From: an uncultured Rhodobacteraceae bacterium
GTDB taxonomy: Bacteria; Pseudomonadota; Alphaproteobacteria; Rhodobacterales; Rhodobacteraceae
Assembly (NCBI GenBank): GCA_947503175.1
Contig: CANNCO010000006.1
Span: 62,323 to 126,322, forward strand
Length of the DNA stretch: 64,000 nucleotides
Reading direction: 5' to 3'
Positions 38,154 to 48,004 of this stretch are shown here, piece by piece; position 1 is the first letter of the stretch, and every line of letters starts with the position of its first letter. The notes under the pieces are model-generated. The model was not told the origin of the DNA. It saw only the letters and a list, made by a program, of their open reading frames with translations, and made no database searches. A program made the position numbers and the translations under genes.

Positions 38154-39127
38154 GCGCCGCCAGGTCCGAAATTGTCGCGGAAAAACCGGTACCAGTTGCC
38201 GCCCATGATCCCCGAAACCTCCTTTTCGTTCATCCCGACCTGCCGCAGCCCGGCTTCGATGTTGGCGAAGTCACGGTTGTCGCGGAACCATTCCGGCATG
38301 GTTGGAAATCCCGGAGCCGCGGCCGAGCCCTCGCCATAATCGACTTCCTTGGTCCAGCGGCCCGTGCGCATCCATTCCACCACACTGTCCGGTTGATCCT
38401 GGCACAGGTCTGTCCCGATGCCGAGCTGATCCGTGCCGAACGTTTCCGCCGTGCGGGCAATCATTTCGCAAAAGCTCTGCAGCGTGCAGTCGGACTTGTC
38501 CTTCAGGTGATGCGGATAGACCGAAAAACCCAGCATACCGCCATTTTCGGCCACGGCACGGATCACATCGTCTTTCTTGTTACGCAGGGCCGGTGCCCAT
38601 GAATGGGGATTGGCATGGGTGATCGCAATGGGGCGCTGCGAAAGCTCGGCGGCTTCGATCGTCGAGCGGTCCGCCGAATGGCTCATGTCGATCACCAGAC
38701 CCACACGGTTCATCTCTCGGATCACCCGCTTACCCATGCGGGTGATGCCTGTGTCCTCGGCTTCGTAGCAACCGGTCGCCAGAAGCGACTGGTTGTTATA
38801 GCTCAGTTGCATGAACCGCGCGCCCAGCGTGTGCAGTATCTCGACCAGCCCGATATCGTCTTCGAGGGGCGACGGGTTCTGGAAACCAAAGAAAACCGCC
38901 GTGCGCCCGGTTTCGCGCGCCCTGTCGATATCGCTTGCCCACAGACCCTTCATGATGAGGTCGGGGAACTGCTCGAACCAGCGGTTCCACTTCTCGAAAT
39001 TCAGAACCGTCTCACGGAATGTCTCGTGATAGGCGATGGTGACATGGACAGCGTCCACACCCCCCTCCCGCATCTGCCGAAACACCTTTTCCGACCAGTT
39101 GGCATATTGCAGCCCGTCGATCCGCAT
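38150..39127 (-). CDS. Membrane dipeptidase (M19, amidohydrolase fold) family protein
   Basis: IDGLQY, FGFQN, QLSYNNQ, EMNRVGLVIDMSH, ITHAN, GIGTD, IMGGNW. Confidence 0.9.
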   Translation of the reverse strand: MRIDGLQYANWSEKVFRQMREGGVDAVHVTIAYHETFRETVLNFEKWNRWFEQFPDLIMKGLWASDIDRARETGRTAVFFGFQNPSPLEDDIGLVEILHTLGARFMQLSYNNQSLLATGCYEAEDTGITRMGKRVIREMNRVGLVIDMSHSADRSTIEAAELSQRPIAITHANPHSWAPALRNKKDDVIRAVAENGGMLGFSVYPHHLKDKSDCTLQSFCEMIARTAETFGTDQLGIGTDLCQDQPDSVVEWMRTGRWTKEVDYGEGSAAAPGFPTMPEWFRDNRDFANIEAGLRQVGMNEKEVSGIMGGNWYRFFRDNFGPGGA

Positions 39128-40578
39128 CAGTCTGGCGCTCCGGAACTGATATAGGCGGTCTTGACGGTGGTATAGAACTCCGCCGCCGCCTCGCCCTGTT
39201 CGCGCGGGCCGTAAGAGCTGTCACCGCGCCCGCCAAAAGGCACATGATAATCCGTACCCGCGGTCGGCAGATTGACCGTGACAACTCCGGTTCGCGCATT
39301 GCGCCGAAAGTGGGTCGCGCGGGCAAGGTTCTGCGTAACGATACCCGAGGTCAGCCCGAAATTCGTGTCGTTCACCGTGGCAAGCGCCTCATCGTAGCTG
39401 CCGACCCTAATGACCGAGGTCAGGGGCGCGAACATCTCTTCGCGGTTGATCCGCATATCGTTCGTGGTGTTCAGGAACACACCTGGGCTCATGTAGTGGC
39501 CCTGATACGGCATATCGAGCCGCGCGCCGCCGCAAGCCAGTTCCGCGCCCTCGGACTTGCCCAGATCGACATAGCCAAGGTTCTCGTTCAACTGCTGTTC
39601 ACTGACAACCGGACCCATCTGGGTGCCCTCTTCCAGCGCGTGACCAACCTTCATGGCTTTCGCCCCTGCAACCAGTTTTTCGACGAAGGCGTCATGGATG
39701 CCCGCATGTACGACCAAACGCGACGAGGCGGTACATTTCTGGCCGGAGCCGCCAAAAGCCCCGCCAAGGGCCAACGTGACAGCCAGATCGAGATCGGCGT
39801 CATCCATCACGGCGAGCGCGTTCTTCGATCCCATTTCCGCCTGGATCTTGGTGAAGTTCTGTACCGCCGCCGCCGTGATACCACGGCCCACGGACACCGA
39901 TCCGGTAAAGGAGATCGCATTCACCTTCGGGCTTTCGACCAGACGCTGCCCGATCGTGCGACCTGCGCCCATCACAAGGCTGAAAAGCCCGCGAGGGATG
40001 TCCTGGCGGTCGATGATTTCGGCCAGCGCCACGGCGGAGGCGGGCGTTACATTCGCGGGCTTCCACACAACCGCATTGCCATAACACAGGGCCGGAGCGA
40101 TCTTCCAAGACGCGGTTGCGGTCGGAAAGTTCCAAGGCGAGATGACGGCGACAACACCCACCGGTTCGCGACGTATGTCGACTTCGACCCCGGGGCGAAC
40201 GCTGTCGGCGTTCTCGCCGATCTGGCGTAGGCATTCAGCGGCATAATACGTAAAGAACTGCCCGGCGCGATAGACCTCGCCCTTGCCTTCTGCCAGCGGT
40301 TTGCCCTCCTCGCGGCTCAGCAGCGTGCCAAGCTCTTCGGCACGCGCCATGAGCTCCGTTCCGATCGCCATCAGCACGGCCTGCTTGCGCTCCATCCCGT
40401 AGGCTGCCCATTGCTCCTGCGCCACCCGCGCTGCATCCAGTGCGCTCTCGAGCTGATCCGAACCCGCTTGCGCAAAAACGCCGATCAAATCGCTCAAATC
40501 GGACGGATTGCGGTTCTCGACTTCGGCCTCGCCCTCCGTCCACTCTCCCGCGATGTAATTGCGTTTGATATCGGCCAT
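39127..40578 (-). CDS. Aldehyde dehydrogenase (KGSADH/YcbD-like)
   Basis: ISPWNFP, FTGS, EMGSKN, GQKCTASS, EEMFAP; ATG at 40578 with GGGAG RBS. Confidence 0.93.
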   Translation of the reverse strand: MADIKRNYIAGEWTEGEAEVENRNPSDLSDLIGVFAQAGSDQLESALDAARVAQEQWAAYGMERKQAVLMAIGTELMARAEELGTLLSREEGKPLAEGKGEVYRAGQFFTYYAAECLRQIGENADSVRPGVEVDIRREPVGVVAVISPWNFPTATASWKIAPALCYGNAVVWKPANVTPASAVALAEIIDRQDIPRGLFSLVMGAGRTIGQRLVESPKVNAISFTGSVSVGRGITAAAVQNFTKIQAEMGSKNALAVMDDADLDLAVTLALGGAFGGSGQKCTASSRLVVHAGIHDAFVEKLVAGAKAMKVGHALEEGTQMGPVVSEQQLNENLGYVDLGKSEGAELACGGARLDMPYQGHYMSPGVFLNTTNDMRINREEMFAPLTSVIRVGSYDEALATVNDTNFGLTSGIVTQNLARATHFRRNARTGVVTVNLPTAGTDYHVPFGGRGDSSYGPREQGEAAAEFYTTVKTAYISSGAPD

Positions 40579-40657
40579 TCCGGCACTCCCCGATCTTGTC
40601 ACGCACAGAGTGGACGGCGACCGCAATATCAGTCAAACTCAAACTTCTTAATAAAAT

Positions 40658-40672
40658 TTCAGAAATATTGAA
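40658..40672. promoter_or_regulatory. LysR-type site TTCA-GAAATAT-TGAA (T-N11-A)
   Basis: Inverted repeat in the AT-rich divergent promoter, 3 bp before the LysR ATG. Confidence 0.55.
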
Positions 40673-40675
40673 GTA

Positions 40676-41569
40676 ATGGCCATCAAGATCGAAATGCTCC
40701 GCTGTTTCGCCACGGTTGCCGAAACGGGCAATCTGTCAGAGGCTGCCACACGGCTTGGCCGCACCCAATCCGCGATATCCATGACGCTCAAGCAATTGGA
40801 AGAACATCTGGGGCAAAGGCTTTTCGAAAGCGAGCGCAAGAACCGGCTGAGCGCACTTGGACTACGGGTCTTCGAACTGGCCCAGCAACAGCTTCGGCAG
40901 TTCGACGACACGATCAGCGCGATCGAGGCCTCGGCAAGGTCGCCGCAGGGACTGTTGCGGATTGCATCGGTTCCCTCTGCCGCCGGACTTTTACTGCCAC
41001 CCGCCATCGAGGTTCTGATGCAACGGCATCCCGGCTTGAAGATCGAGATACGGGATGCCGACACGCGCACGGTTCTGGACGCGCTGGTCGGCGGCAAGGC
41101 GGACTTGGCGATTGTCTCGGGCCTCCACGCCCTGAATGGCATCCGGACCCAGCTATTGTTCGATGATCCCTTCGGGCTGATCTGCGGGCCGGATCATCCA
41201 CTTGCGCTCCGGACAGCGCCTGTCAGGTTGCATGATGTCCTCGCCTCCGACTTCATCGGCAACGAACTCTGCCGCCAGATCAAGCAGGACTCGATCCAGC
41301 GCGCGCTGTCCGAGGCACACTTGACGGTGCACAATACGCTATCGCTTATCGGGATGCTGCGGACGGGCAAGCGCGTGACGATCCTGCCGAAAACGGTGCA
41401 CGAGATGCTGCCGGGCCAGTTGGTGTTCAAGGAGATCCCGGACCTCCGCGTGCCACGCCCTGTCGTGGTGCTGGTGGCCGAAAGGTCGCCTCAAAGGGCC
41501 TTTGCCGATGAGTTCGCGACGATCATCCGGGCACTTACCCAGCAGATGCGGGCGGCGGAGGAGGCGTAG
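40676..41569 (+). CDS. LysR family transcriptional regulator
   Basis: LRCFATVAETGNLSEAA..LGRTQSAISM.LKQLE HTH. Confidence 0.93.
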   Translation: MAIKIEMLRCFATVAETGNLSEAATRLGRTQSAISMTLKQLEEHLGQRLFESERKNRLSALGLRVFELAQQQLRQFDDTISAIEASARSPQGLLRIASVPSAAGLLLPPAIEVLMQRHPGLKIEIRDADTRTVLDALVGGKADLAIVSGLHALNGIRTQLLFDDPFGLICGPDHPLALRTAPVRLHDVLASDFIGNELCRQIKQDSIQRALSEAHLTVHNTLSLIGMLRTGKRVTILPKTVHEMLPGQLVFKEIPDLRVPRPVVVLVAERSPQRAFADEFATIIRALTQQMRAAEEA

Positions 41570-42275
41570 GCACGGCCAGATACGCCTCGCGGGGGATGCG
41601 AACCAACTCGCGAATGCCCAACTGCCCCAGAAGCGCAGGACCGGCCTGTTCCAAGGCCCCGCTCACCGCCATGGCCACTTCATCCGCGTCATTCGTCTTT
41701 GCCGTGATCAGCGGCAGACCGGGGGTTGGCGGGGTCCGCCCGATAACGGCGATCCCGTCGAAAGCGGGCTCTGAGCCGATGTGGCGCCACGTCACCGCGT
41801 CGACAAACGCGACATCGGCGCGGTCCTCTGCCACCGCCAGCGCCGAAGAGCGGTGCGATCCGGTTGCCGTTGCACGCCCGAGCGCTGTTCCTCGCTCTTC
41901 CGCATATGCATGGGCTGCAGCCCAGCCCGACTGCGATAAAGCGTCGTTGTAGGCAAGCCGATACCCGGAAGCCGGAAAACCAGAATGCCTGCCATTTCGC
42001 GCAAGAATGACGCTGAAGTAATGGCCGGGCGGGCAATCGTCCAAGCCGTAATCCGGCGTCCCGACCAGACCAACCTCTTCCGACAACCGGGCGCGATAGG
42101 GAAACCCGCAGGTCTGCGACAGAGCAAGGTCCGGCGCGCGCCACTGTTGCCAGAGATCTCCGCCACGGGTCAGTTTCTGCGGCCCATATCCCAAATTGGC
42201 CCGGATCAGATCCCAGAAGGCATCGTTCGCCGCCGCCGTATGCGGGAAATCATACATGGGCAGGCTGGCAATCAA
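41535..42275 (-). CDS. PhnD/SsuA-like substrate-binding-fold protein without a signal peptide
   Basis: ASLPMYD, QTCGFPY, SQSGW, TGSHRSS..AVA..RADVA.VDAVTW; TTG start overlaps the upstream stop. Confidence 0.75.
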   Translation of the reverse strand: MIASLPMYDFPHTAAANDAFWDLIRANLGYGPQKLTRGGDLWQQWRAPDLALSQTCGFPYRARLSEEVGLVGTPDYGLDDCPPGHYFSVILARNGRHSGFPASGYRLAYNDALSQSGWAAAHAYAEERGTALGRATATGSHRSSALAVAEDRADVAFVDAVTWRHIGSEPAFDGIAVIGRTPPTPGLPLITAKTNDADEVAMAVSGALEQAGPALLGQLGIRELVRIPREAYLAVPTPPPPPASAG

Positions 42276-43495
42276 ATCACGGCCTTCTCGATCAACGGAG
42301 CATTGCGGCTGATCCGGTCGAAATGAAACGGCGACAGATCGAGCGCGCGATACTCGCCGTAAGTCAGCCATTCCGCCGTCGCCCGGCCCATTGCGGGGGA
42401 TTGCTGCAGGCCATGGCCCGAGAACCCGTTCAAGAAGATGAAATTCGCGACCTCCGGATGCGGCCCGAGGATCGCGTTATGATCGAACACGTTCATCGAG
42501 TACTGACCTGCCCATTCGCTCGTGACCCGGATCGCCTCGAACTGCGGGACGCGGTTGGCCAAAACAGGCCAGATGTGGGTTGCCCACAGGCTGTGATCCA
42601 TCTCGAAGTCGTCCGGATCAACCGCCGGATCAATGTCGGAATGACCACCGCACATATAGGTCCCTCCGCCGTTCTCCCGCACATGGACGCCCGAGGGGTC
42701 TATCGTCAGCGGCAGATCACCGTCAATCGGACGTTCGGCGGAAAAGATCCATGTATACCGTTTGCGCGGTTCCACGGGCACCTCGATCCCCACCATTGCC
42801 GCCGTGCGCGCCGCCCGCGGACCGGACGCATTTACGACCTGCCCGCAAGAGATGACCTGACCAGAGCGTAACGTGATGTTCTCTACCCTGGTTCCGGCCC
42901 TATTGCGGGTGATCGCAACCACTTCGCCGGCGACATATTCGACCCCCCGCTCCCGCGCCTGCCTGCGCCACCAGTCGAACACGGTGGCCCCATCCCAGTA
43001 CCCCTCGTCTACGGTATTGATCGACCCAAGGACGATACCATCGACATTGTAGAACGGGTATGCCCGCACAATCTCTTCCGGGGTCATGAGGTTCGTCGCC
43101 GCACCCGCCGCCCGCTGCACTTTCTGATTGTCGCGCAGAACCTGTGCGAACTCCTCTGTATCCGCCAGATACAGGTACCCGAAATTGCGGATCGACAGGT
43201 CGGGCACCCGCGCGTCGCCGCCCATATGGCGTCGGATATTTTTCACGAAATCCGCCGCGAACTGCGAGATGCGGATATTCAGCTCGGTCGAGAACTGCTG
43301 GCGCATGCACGAGTTCGTATGGGCGGTCGAACACTTCTCGTAACTCGGATCCTTTTCGATCACGAGCACCGACCCCTGAAAGTCCGGGTTGTCGGACAAA
43401 AACCACGCCGTAGACGACCCCATGATCGCGCCACCGATGATCACCACGTCATAGCTCGACTTGCTGGCCTGAGAGGAAAACCCCCGCGCCGCCAT
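42272..43495 (-). CDS. FAD-dependent oxidoreductase (DAO/sarcosine oxidase superfamily)
   Basis: YDVVIIGGAIMGSS, VVNASGP, GFSGHGLQQSPA.GR. Confidence 0.9.
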   Translation of the reverse strand: MAARGFSSQASKSSYDVVIIGGAIMGSSTAWFLSDNPDFQGSVLVIEKDPSYEKCSTAHTNSCMRQQFSTELNIRISQFAADFVKNIRRHMGGDARVPDLSIRNFGYLYLADTEEFAQVLRDNQKVQRAAGAATNLMTPEEIVRAYPFYNVDGIVLGSINTVDEGYWDGATVFDWWRRQARERGVEYVAGEVVAITRNRAGTRVENITLRSGQVISCGQVVNASGPRAARTAAMVGIEVPVEPRKRYTWIFSAERPIDGDLPLTIDPSGVHVRENGGGTYMCGGHSDIDPAVDPDDFEMDHSLWATHIWPVLANRVPQFEAIRVTSEWAGQYSMNVFDHNAILGPHPEVANFIFLNGFSGHGLQQSPAMGRATAEWLTYGEYRALDLSPFHFDRISRNAPLIEKAVI

Positions 43496-43779
43496 CAGAA
43501 GACCTCCCCCAGCTTCGCGCGGGCTAGAATGTCATCGATCTCGGAATACGTCAGCCCGTACTGGTCCCGGGCAACTTCAGCGGTGATGTAACCATGGGCC
43601 AGATCGCGCCGAATGTCCGGCATCGCCCGCTCCCTTGGCACCCCATGACCGGCACCGCCCGGAAACGCCATCTGCACCCGGCGGCCATGGGCGACAAACT
43701 GCGTGCCCTTCCCTTTCATCTCCATGCCGTCATCCCGCGCTATGCGCGTCGGCGCACCGGGTCGGCCGCCAGCGCCATA
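43495..43779 (-). pseudogene. C-terminal remnant of a hydantoinase B/oxoprolinase gene
   Basis: Frame reads YGAGGRPGAPTRIARDDGMEMKGKG...FPGGAGHG...RDLAHGYIT....YG (HyuB-type C-terminus). In-frame stop at 43782-43780; no N-terminal part present. Confidence 0.65.
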
Positions 43780-43811
43780 TCAAAAAGCTACGCCCGAAAG
43801 CGATGATTGCC

Positions 43812-44864
43812 TCAACCGGACGCCTGCCGGTTCTCCGCGATGCGGCCATCGACGGTTTTTGAAACCGCGTCGATCCTCGCATCCGACAATCCGACCTGAT
43901 CGGAGATCAGCTTCACCAGCAGGTCGACGCGCTCGATATTCTCGGCACCGCTATCGATGGCCCGCGCAACCGAAGACGGCTTCAAAAGCCCCTCGGCGGC
44001 AGCACTGTATTTCGCAAAGGGCACGCCATCCTCGGGATCGGCGCCAAGCTTCCGCACGATCTCGTCCACATGGGCATAGATGCTTTCCGACAGCGCAAGA
44101 TCGCTATGCACCGCCTCGCGGATCGGACGCACGCCCTCCGCTTCGATACAGCGGTAGTTCCCGGTCAGAAGCATGCTCCATTTCGCGAAGGGAACGAACA
44201 GGGAGGCGTAGACCCGCAGCTTCACGGGCACGTCGTGCCCATCAAGGCGCACATCGGCGATATCGGCCTCCAGTGTCCGCAGAATTTCGTTATGGGCCTC
44301 GTCGGCAAATGCCGCCGCCTTGAAATTGGTGGGCAGCCCCACGAACAGGACATTGGCTTTCTCGTCCGGCAGCCGGAATGCCTGCGGATCAGGGCTGCAT
44401 AGCGTCACGACATCCGGGTCAAACCCGGCCCAGACATCCGGCGCGGTATAGGCTGCGTCCAGCTTGCTCGCATCCAGGCCCGGAATGCGGTGCAGATAGG
44501 GCAAGGGCGGCATGTTCATGATCGACAGGCAGGGCAGCCGCGCCTCTGCGATCCGCCGCATCAGCGCGCGAATGTCCGCCGTCCCGTATTGCGGCTCGGC
44601 CATCGCAAGGGCGACCATATCGTAATTCGCGATATCGACGTTCTCGGGCGCAACCGCGTCCAGCTTGCCCGGCTGATCCCCTGACAGGATCGATCGATGC
44701 GTATCTTCACCGCGCAGCTTGATCCGCACATCCGTGCCTTCGGCGTTGATCAGATCCGCCGTCGCCTGACGGCACACAAGGGTCACATCATGCCCCGCCA
44801 TCAAAAGCTTGGTTCCAAGCAGAGAGCCGTATGAGGCGCCAAGGATCAGGATTTTATAGGCCAT
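43812..44864 (-). CDS. Ketopantoate-reductase-like Rossmann-fold protein
   Basis: KILILGASYGSLLG N-terminus, PFAKW, KPSS; function unknown. Confidence 0.7.
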   Translation of the reverse strand: MAYKILILGASYGSLLGTKLLMAGHDVTLVCRQATADLINAEGTDVRIKLRGEDTHRSILSGDQPGKLDAVAPENVDIANYDMVALAMAEPQYGTADIRALMRRIAEARLPCLSIMNMPPLPYLHRIPGLDASKLDAAYTAPDVWAGFDPDVVTLCSPDPQAFRLPDEKANVLFVGLPTNFKAAAFADEAHNEILRTLEADIADVRLDGHDVPVKLRVYASLFVPFAKWSMLLTGNYRCIEAEGVRPIREAVHSDLALSESIYAHVDEIVRKLGADPEDGVPFAKYSAAAEGLLKPSSVARAIDSGAENIERVDLLVKLISDQVGLSDARIDAVSKTVDGRIAENRQASG

Positions 44865-44918
44865 TGAAGGTCCCCCAATATGTAAGCTGCCCGCACGCTT
44901 TACGCGAACCTGCGATTA

Positions 44919-46436
44919 TCATCCAGCGGCATTGCCTTCGCGCATCCTGCGGCGGACGAGATTGATCAGCGGAAGGAACAGCAGGATAATCGCGATGACG
45001 GTGATCGGGCCCGCGATGGGCCGGGTGAAGAAGATCGACGGATCGCCCGATGACAGCAGAAGCGATTGCCGCAATGTCGGCTCGGCAATCGGGCCAAGAA
45101 CGATGGCCAGAACCGCCGGGGCCAGCGGATAGTCGAATTTCCGCAGGAAGAAGGCACTCAGCCCGAACAGGACCATCAGCCAGACGTCATGCATGTCCTT
45201 GGTCGCGGCATAGCCACCGACGATGGACAGCACAAAGATCAGCGGCGCCAGCACGGTGAACGGCATCCGCAACATCCAGATGAACAGCGGGATGAAGGCA
45301 AGGTTGATCACCAGCGCAGCCACGTTCGAGACATAGAACGACCCGATCAGGCCCCAGACGAACTCGCTCTGCTCGACAAACAAGCGCGGACCCGGGGTCA
45401 GGCCCCAGATCACCATCCCGCCCAAGAGAATGGCCGTTGTGGGCGAGCCGGGGATACCCAGCGTCAGCATCGGCAGCATGGACCCGGTCGAGGCAGAGTT
45501 GTTCGCGGCTTCGGGCGCGGCGACACCACCCGGATGGCCCTGCCCGAACTCCTTGGGGTTCTTCGACACCATCTTGGCCACGCCATAGGCCATGAGCGAA
45601 CCCGGCGTCGCGCCCGCCGCTGGCAGGATGCCGACGAAGAAGCCAAGGAACGACCCGATCGTGGTACCCTTCCAGCCGCGCTTCATGCCCTCTTTCGAGT
45701 CGTTGACGATGCCCTTGACCGACATCTTGGCCTCGGATGTCGTGACCTTCCCGCGCGTGGTTTCAATCGTCCAAAGCATCTCGCCGATGCCATAGACGCC
45801 GATGGCGAGGACAAGGAAGTTGATGCCCTGCAGAAAGCCGGTGATGTCAAAAAACACCAGACGCGGCGCGCCGGAAATCTGGTCAAACCCGACAGCGGCC
45901 AGAACAAGGCCAAGGCAGATCGAGAAGATCGTCTTGGGGATATCGTCGCCGCCAAGCCCCACGAAGGTCGCAAAAGCCAGAAGCATCAGGGCAAAGATCT
46001 CTGGCGGACCGAAACTCAGCGCGACGGCGGCCAGAAGCGGCGCGAAGGCGGTGAACAGGATGTTCGCCACGCTCCCGCCGATGAAAGACGCAATCGCAGC
46101 CGTGACAAGCGCAAGGCTCGCCCGGCCTCTTAACGCCAACGGCCTGCCGTCAAACGTCGTGGCGACTGCAGTCGATGCGCCCGGAATGCCAAGCGTGATC
46201 GAACTGATCGCGCCCCCGTACATCGCCCCGTAATAGATCGCGGCCAGAAAGATGATCGCCGATCCCGGCGGCACCAGAAATGTTATCGGCAACAGGATCG
46301 CGACCCCGTTGACCGAACCCAAACCCGGCATCGCACCGATGAAAAGCCCCAGCGTTACACCCACAAGGATCAGCGCAAGATTCAGCGGCTGAACCGCCAA
46401 CAGCATTCCATCGCCAAGAAGTCCGAGAATTTCCAT
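44919..46436 (-). CDS. tctA: Tripartite tricarboxylate transporter large subunit
   Basis: GAMPGLG, YGGAISSI..GIPG, APEAANNS, LTLGIPGS. Confidence 0.95.
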   Translation of the reverse strand: MEILGLLGDGMLLAVQPLNLALILVGVTLGLFIGAMPGLGSVNGVAILLPITFLVPPGSAIIFLAAIYYGAMYGGAISSITLGIPGASTAVATTFDGRPLALRGRASLALVTAAIASFIGGSVANILFTAFAPLLAAVALSFGPPEIFALMLLAFATFVGLGGDDIPKTIFSICLGLVLAAVGFDQISGAPRLVFFDITGFLQGINFLVLAIGVYGIGEMLWTIETTRGKVTTSEAKMSVKGIVNDSKEGMKRGWKGTTIGSFLGFFVGILPAAGATPGSLMAYGVAKMVSKNPKEFGQGHPGGVAAPEAANNSASTGSMLPMLTLGIPGSPTTAILLGGMVIWGLTPGPRLFVEQSEFVWGLIGSFYVSNVAALVINLAFIPLFIWMLRMPFTVLAPLIFVLSIVGGYAATKDMHDVWLMVLFGLSAFFLRKFDYPLAPAVLAIVLGPIAEPTLRQSLLLSSGDPSIFFTRPIAGPITVIAIILLFLPLINLVRRRMREGNAAG

Positions 46437-46484
46437 GGGTCTTCCAGTTCTCTTCTGAGAAACCAGGCGCGACCGGTCGGGCGC

Positions 46485-46988
46485 CTAGTAGATAATCTCG
46501 TACATCACGTTGAAGAACGGCTCGGTGAAATCCATGCCCTTCGGCATCGTGATCCGCATCAGGCCCTCAAAGAAAAAGAAGAAACCGATCGGCAGGCAGA
46601 TCGCCAGACTGAGCGTCAGGAACCACGAATGCCGCCCGAGGAACTTCAGGTAGTACAGCAGGAACAGGAACATCGCGCCGTACATCGAGATCACGTCGAT
46701 CAGGGCTACAAAGCCCAGGATCCCGCCACCCACGAACAGAAGCGTCTTCCAGCCTTCGCGGTCCAGCACCGGTTCTTCGGAGCGGGAAGGCGGAGAGGTC
46801 CGCCTTACCCAGTTGATTGCGATGAACACGGTCGTGACCAGCATGATGGCAGACAGCCAGAACGGCCATGCGCCACCTCCGGGGCCTTCGCCCCGGACAT
46901 AGCCGATCTCAAGTTCGGCACTTTCGGACATAAGATAGATGGACAGAAGCGCCAGCACGCCAGCCGTAATAATCTCACCCAGCCGCAT
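46485..46988 (-). CDS. tctB: Tripartite tricarboxylate transporter small subunit
   Basis: Four TM segments, GPGGGAWPFW; lies between tctC and tctA. Confidence 0.9.
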   Translation of the reverse strand: MRLGEIITAGVLALLSIYLMSESAELEIGYVRGEGPGGGAWPFWLSAIMLVTTVFIAINWVRRTSPPSRSEEPVLDREGWKTLLFVGGGILGFVALIDVISMYGAMFLFLLYYLKFLGRHSWFLTLSLAICLPIGFFFFFEGLMRITMPKGMDFTEPFFNVMYEIIY

Positions 46989-47032
46989 GCTGGCTCCCCC
47001 TTATCCCTTGGTCCGAACCGCCCCGGTCAGGC

Positions 47033-48004
47033 TTACTCGCCCATCGCGGCAAGCAGCTCCTTGTGACGCTCGACCTGGGTGTTCCAATACTCTTTCTGAG
47101 CACCGGCATCCATCCAGAGGGGATCGAGGCTTTCCGAAGTCATGTAGCCCTGCCACTCTTCCGAGTTATAGATCGTCTCAAACATCGACTGGTAATAAGC
47201 CGCCGCTTCGTCCGACATGCCCGGGGCGCCAACAACCGCACGCTGATTGTAGTAGCTGAAGTCATGGCCCTTTTCCTTCATCGTCGGAACGTCCGGGAAA
47301 CCGGCCATACGCTCATCCGAGAAGCTCAAAAGCGGGACGAAATCGCCAGCGGCGAAAAAGCCCTTGGCTTCGGCAGGGTTGTTCACGCTCGCCATGATCT
47401 GCTTGCCAGCCAGATCCTTGGCAACCGCACCGCCACCATCATAAGGGATGTACTTGATTCTCAGGTCAAATGCCTGCTCCATGAAGGTGATGACCAGCGA
47501 GTCTTCCTGACCCTTGCCGGTGCCGCCCATGACATACTCGCCATCGGCCGCCTTGACGGCGTCTACCCACTCTTCGAACGTCGTGATTCCGCTGTCCTTG
47601 TGGACCCACAGGACGAACGGATCGACGCCCATCATCGCGACCGGCGTGAAGGTCTGGATATCGATACCCAGGTTTGTCTGACGCAGGGGTGTCGTGAAGA
47701 ACGAGTTCAGCGTCACGAGAATCGTGTGATCGGCGTCGCTCGCGCCTTGCAATGCGATCAGCGCCTCGGCGCCGGAACCGCCGCCCTTGTTGTTCGGGAT
47801 CAGCGGGCGCGGCATCAGGTCCTTCTGCTCCGCCACCGACTGAATGAAACGGGCGATCTGGTCAGCGCCGCCGCCGGCACCCGCCATGATCACGAAATCA
47901 ATCGGTTTGGTCGGCTCAAATGCCGCCGCCTGACCTGGGGCCTGAGCGAACGCAAAAGCCGCCGCGCCGATCATCGCCGTAAAGCTTCTTCTTCCAAAGA
48001 TCAT
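47033..48004 (-). CDS. tctC: TTT substrate-binding protein (Bug/TctC)
   Basis: Signal peptide, AGAGGGADQIAR, NKGGGSG, YIPYDGGG; ATG at 48004 with GGAGG RBS. Confidence 0.92.
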   Translation of the reverse strand: MIFGRRSFTAMIGAAAFAFAQAPGQAAAFEPTKPIDFVIMAGAGGGADQIARFIQSVAEQKDLMPRPLIPNNKGGGSGAEALIALQGASDADHTILVTLNSFFTTPLRQTNLGIDIQTFTPVAMMGVDPFVLWVHKDSGITTFEEWVDAVKAADGEYVMGGTGKGQEDSLVITFMEQAFDLRIKYIPYDGGGAVAKDLAGKQIMASVNNPAEAKGFFAAGDFVPLLSFSDERMAGFPDVPTMKEKGHDFSYYNQRAVVGAPGMSDEAAAYYQSMFETIYNSEEWQGYMTSESLDPLWMDAGAQKEYWNTQVERHKELLAAMGE

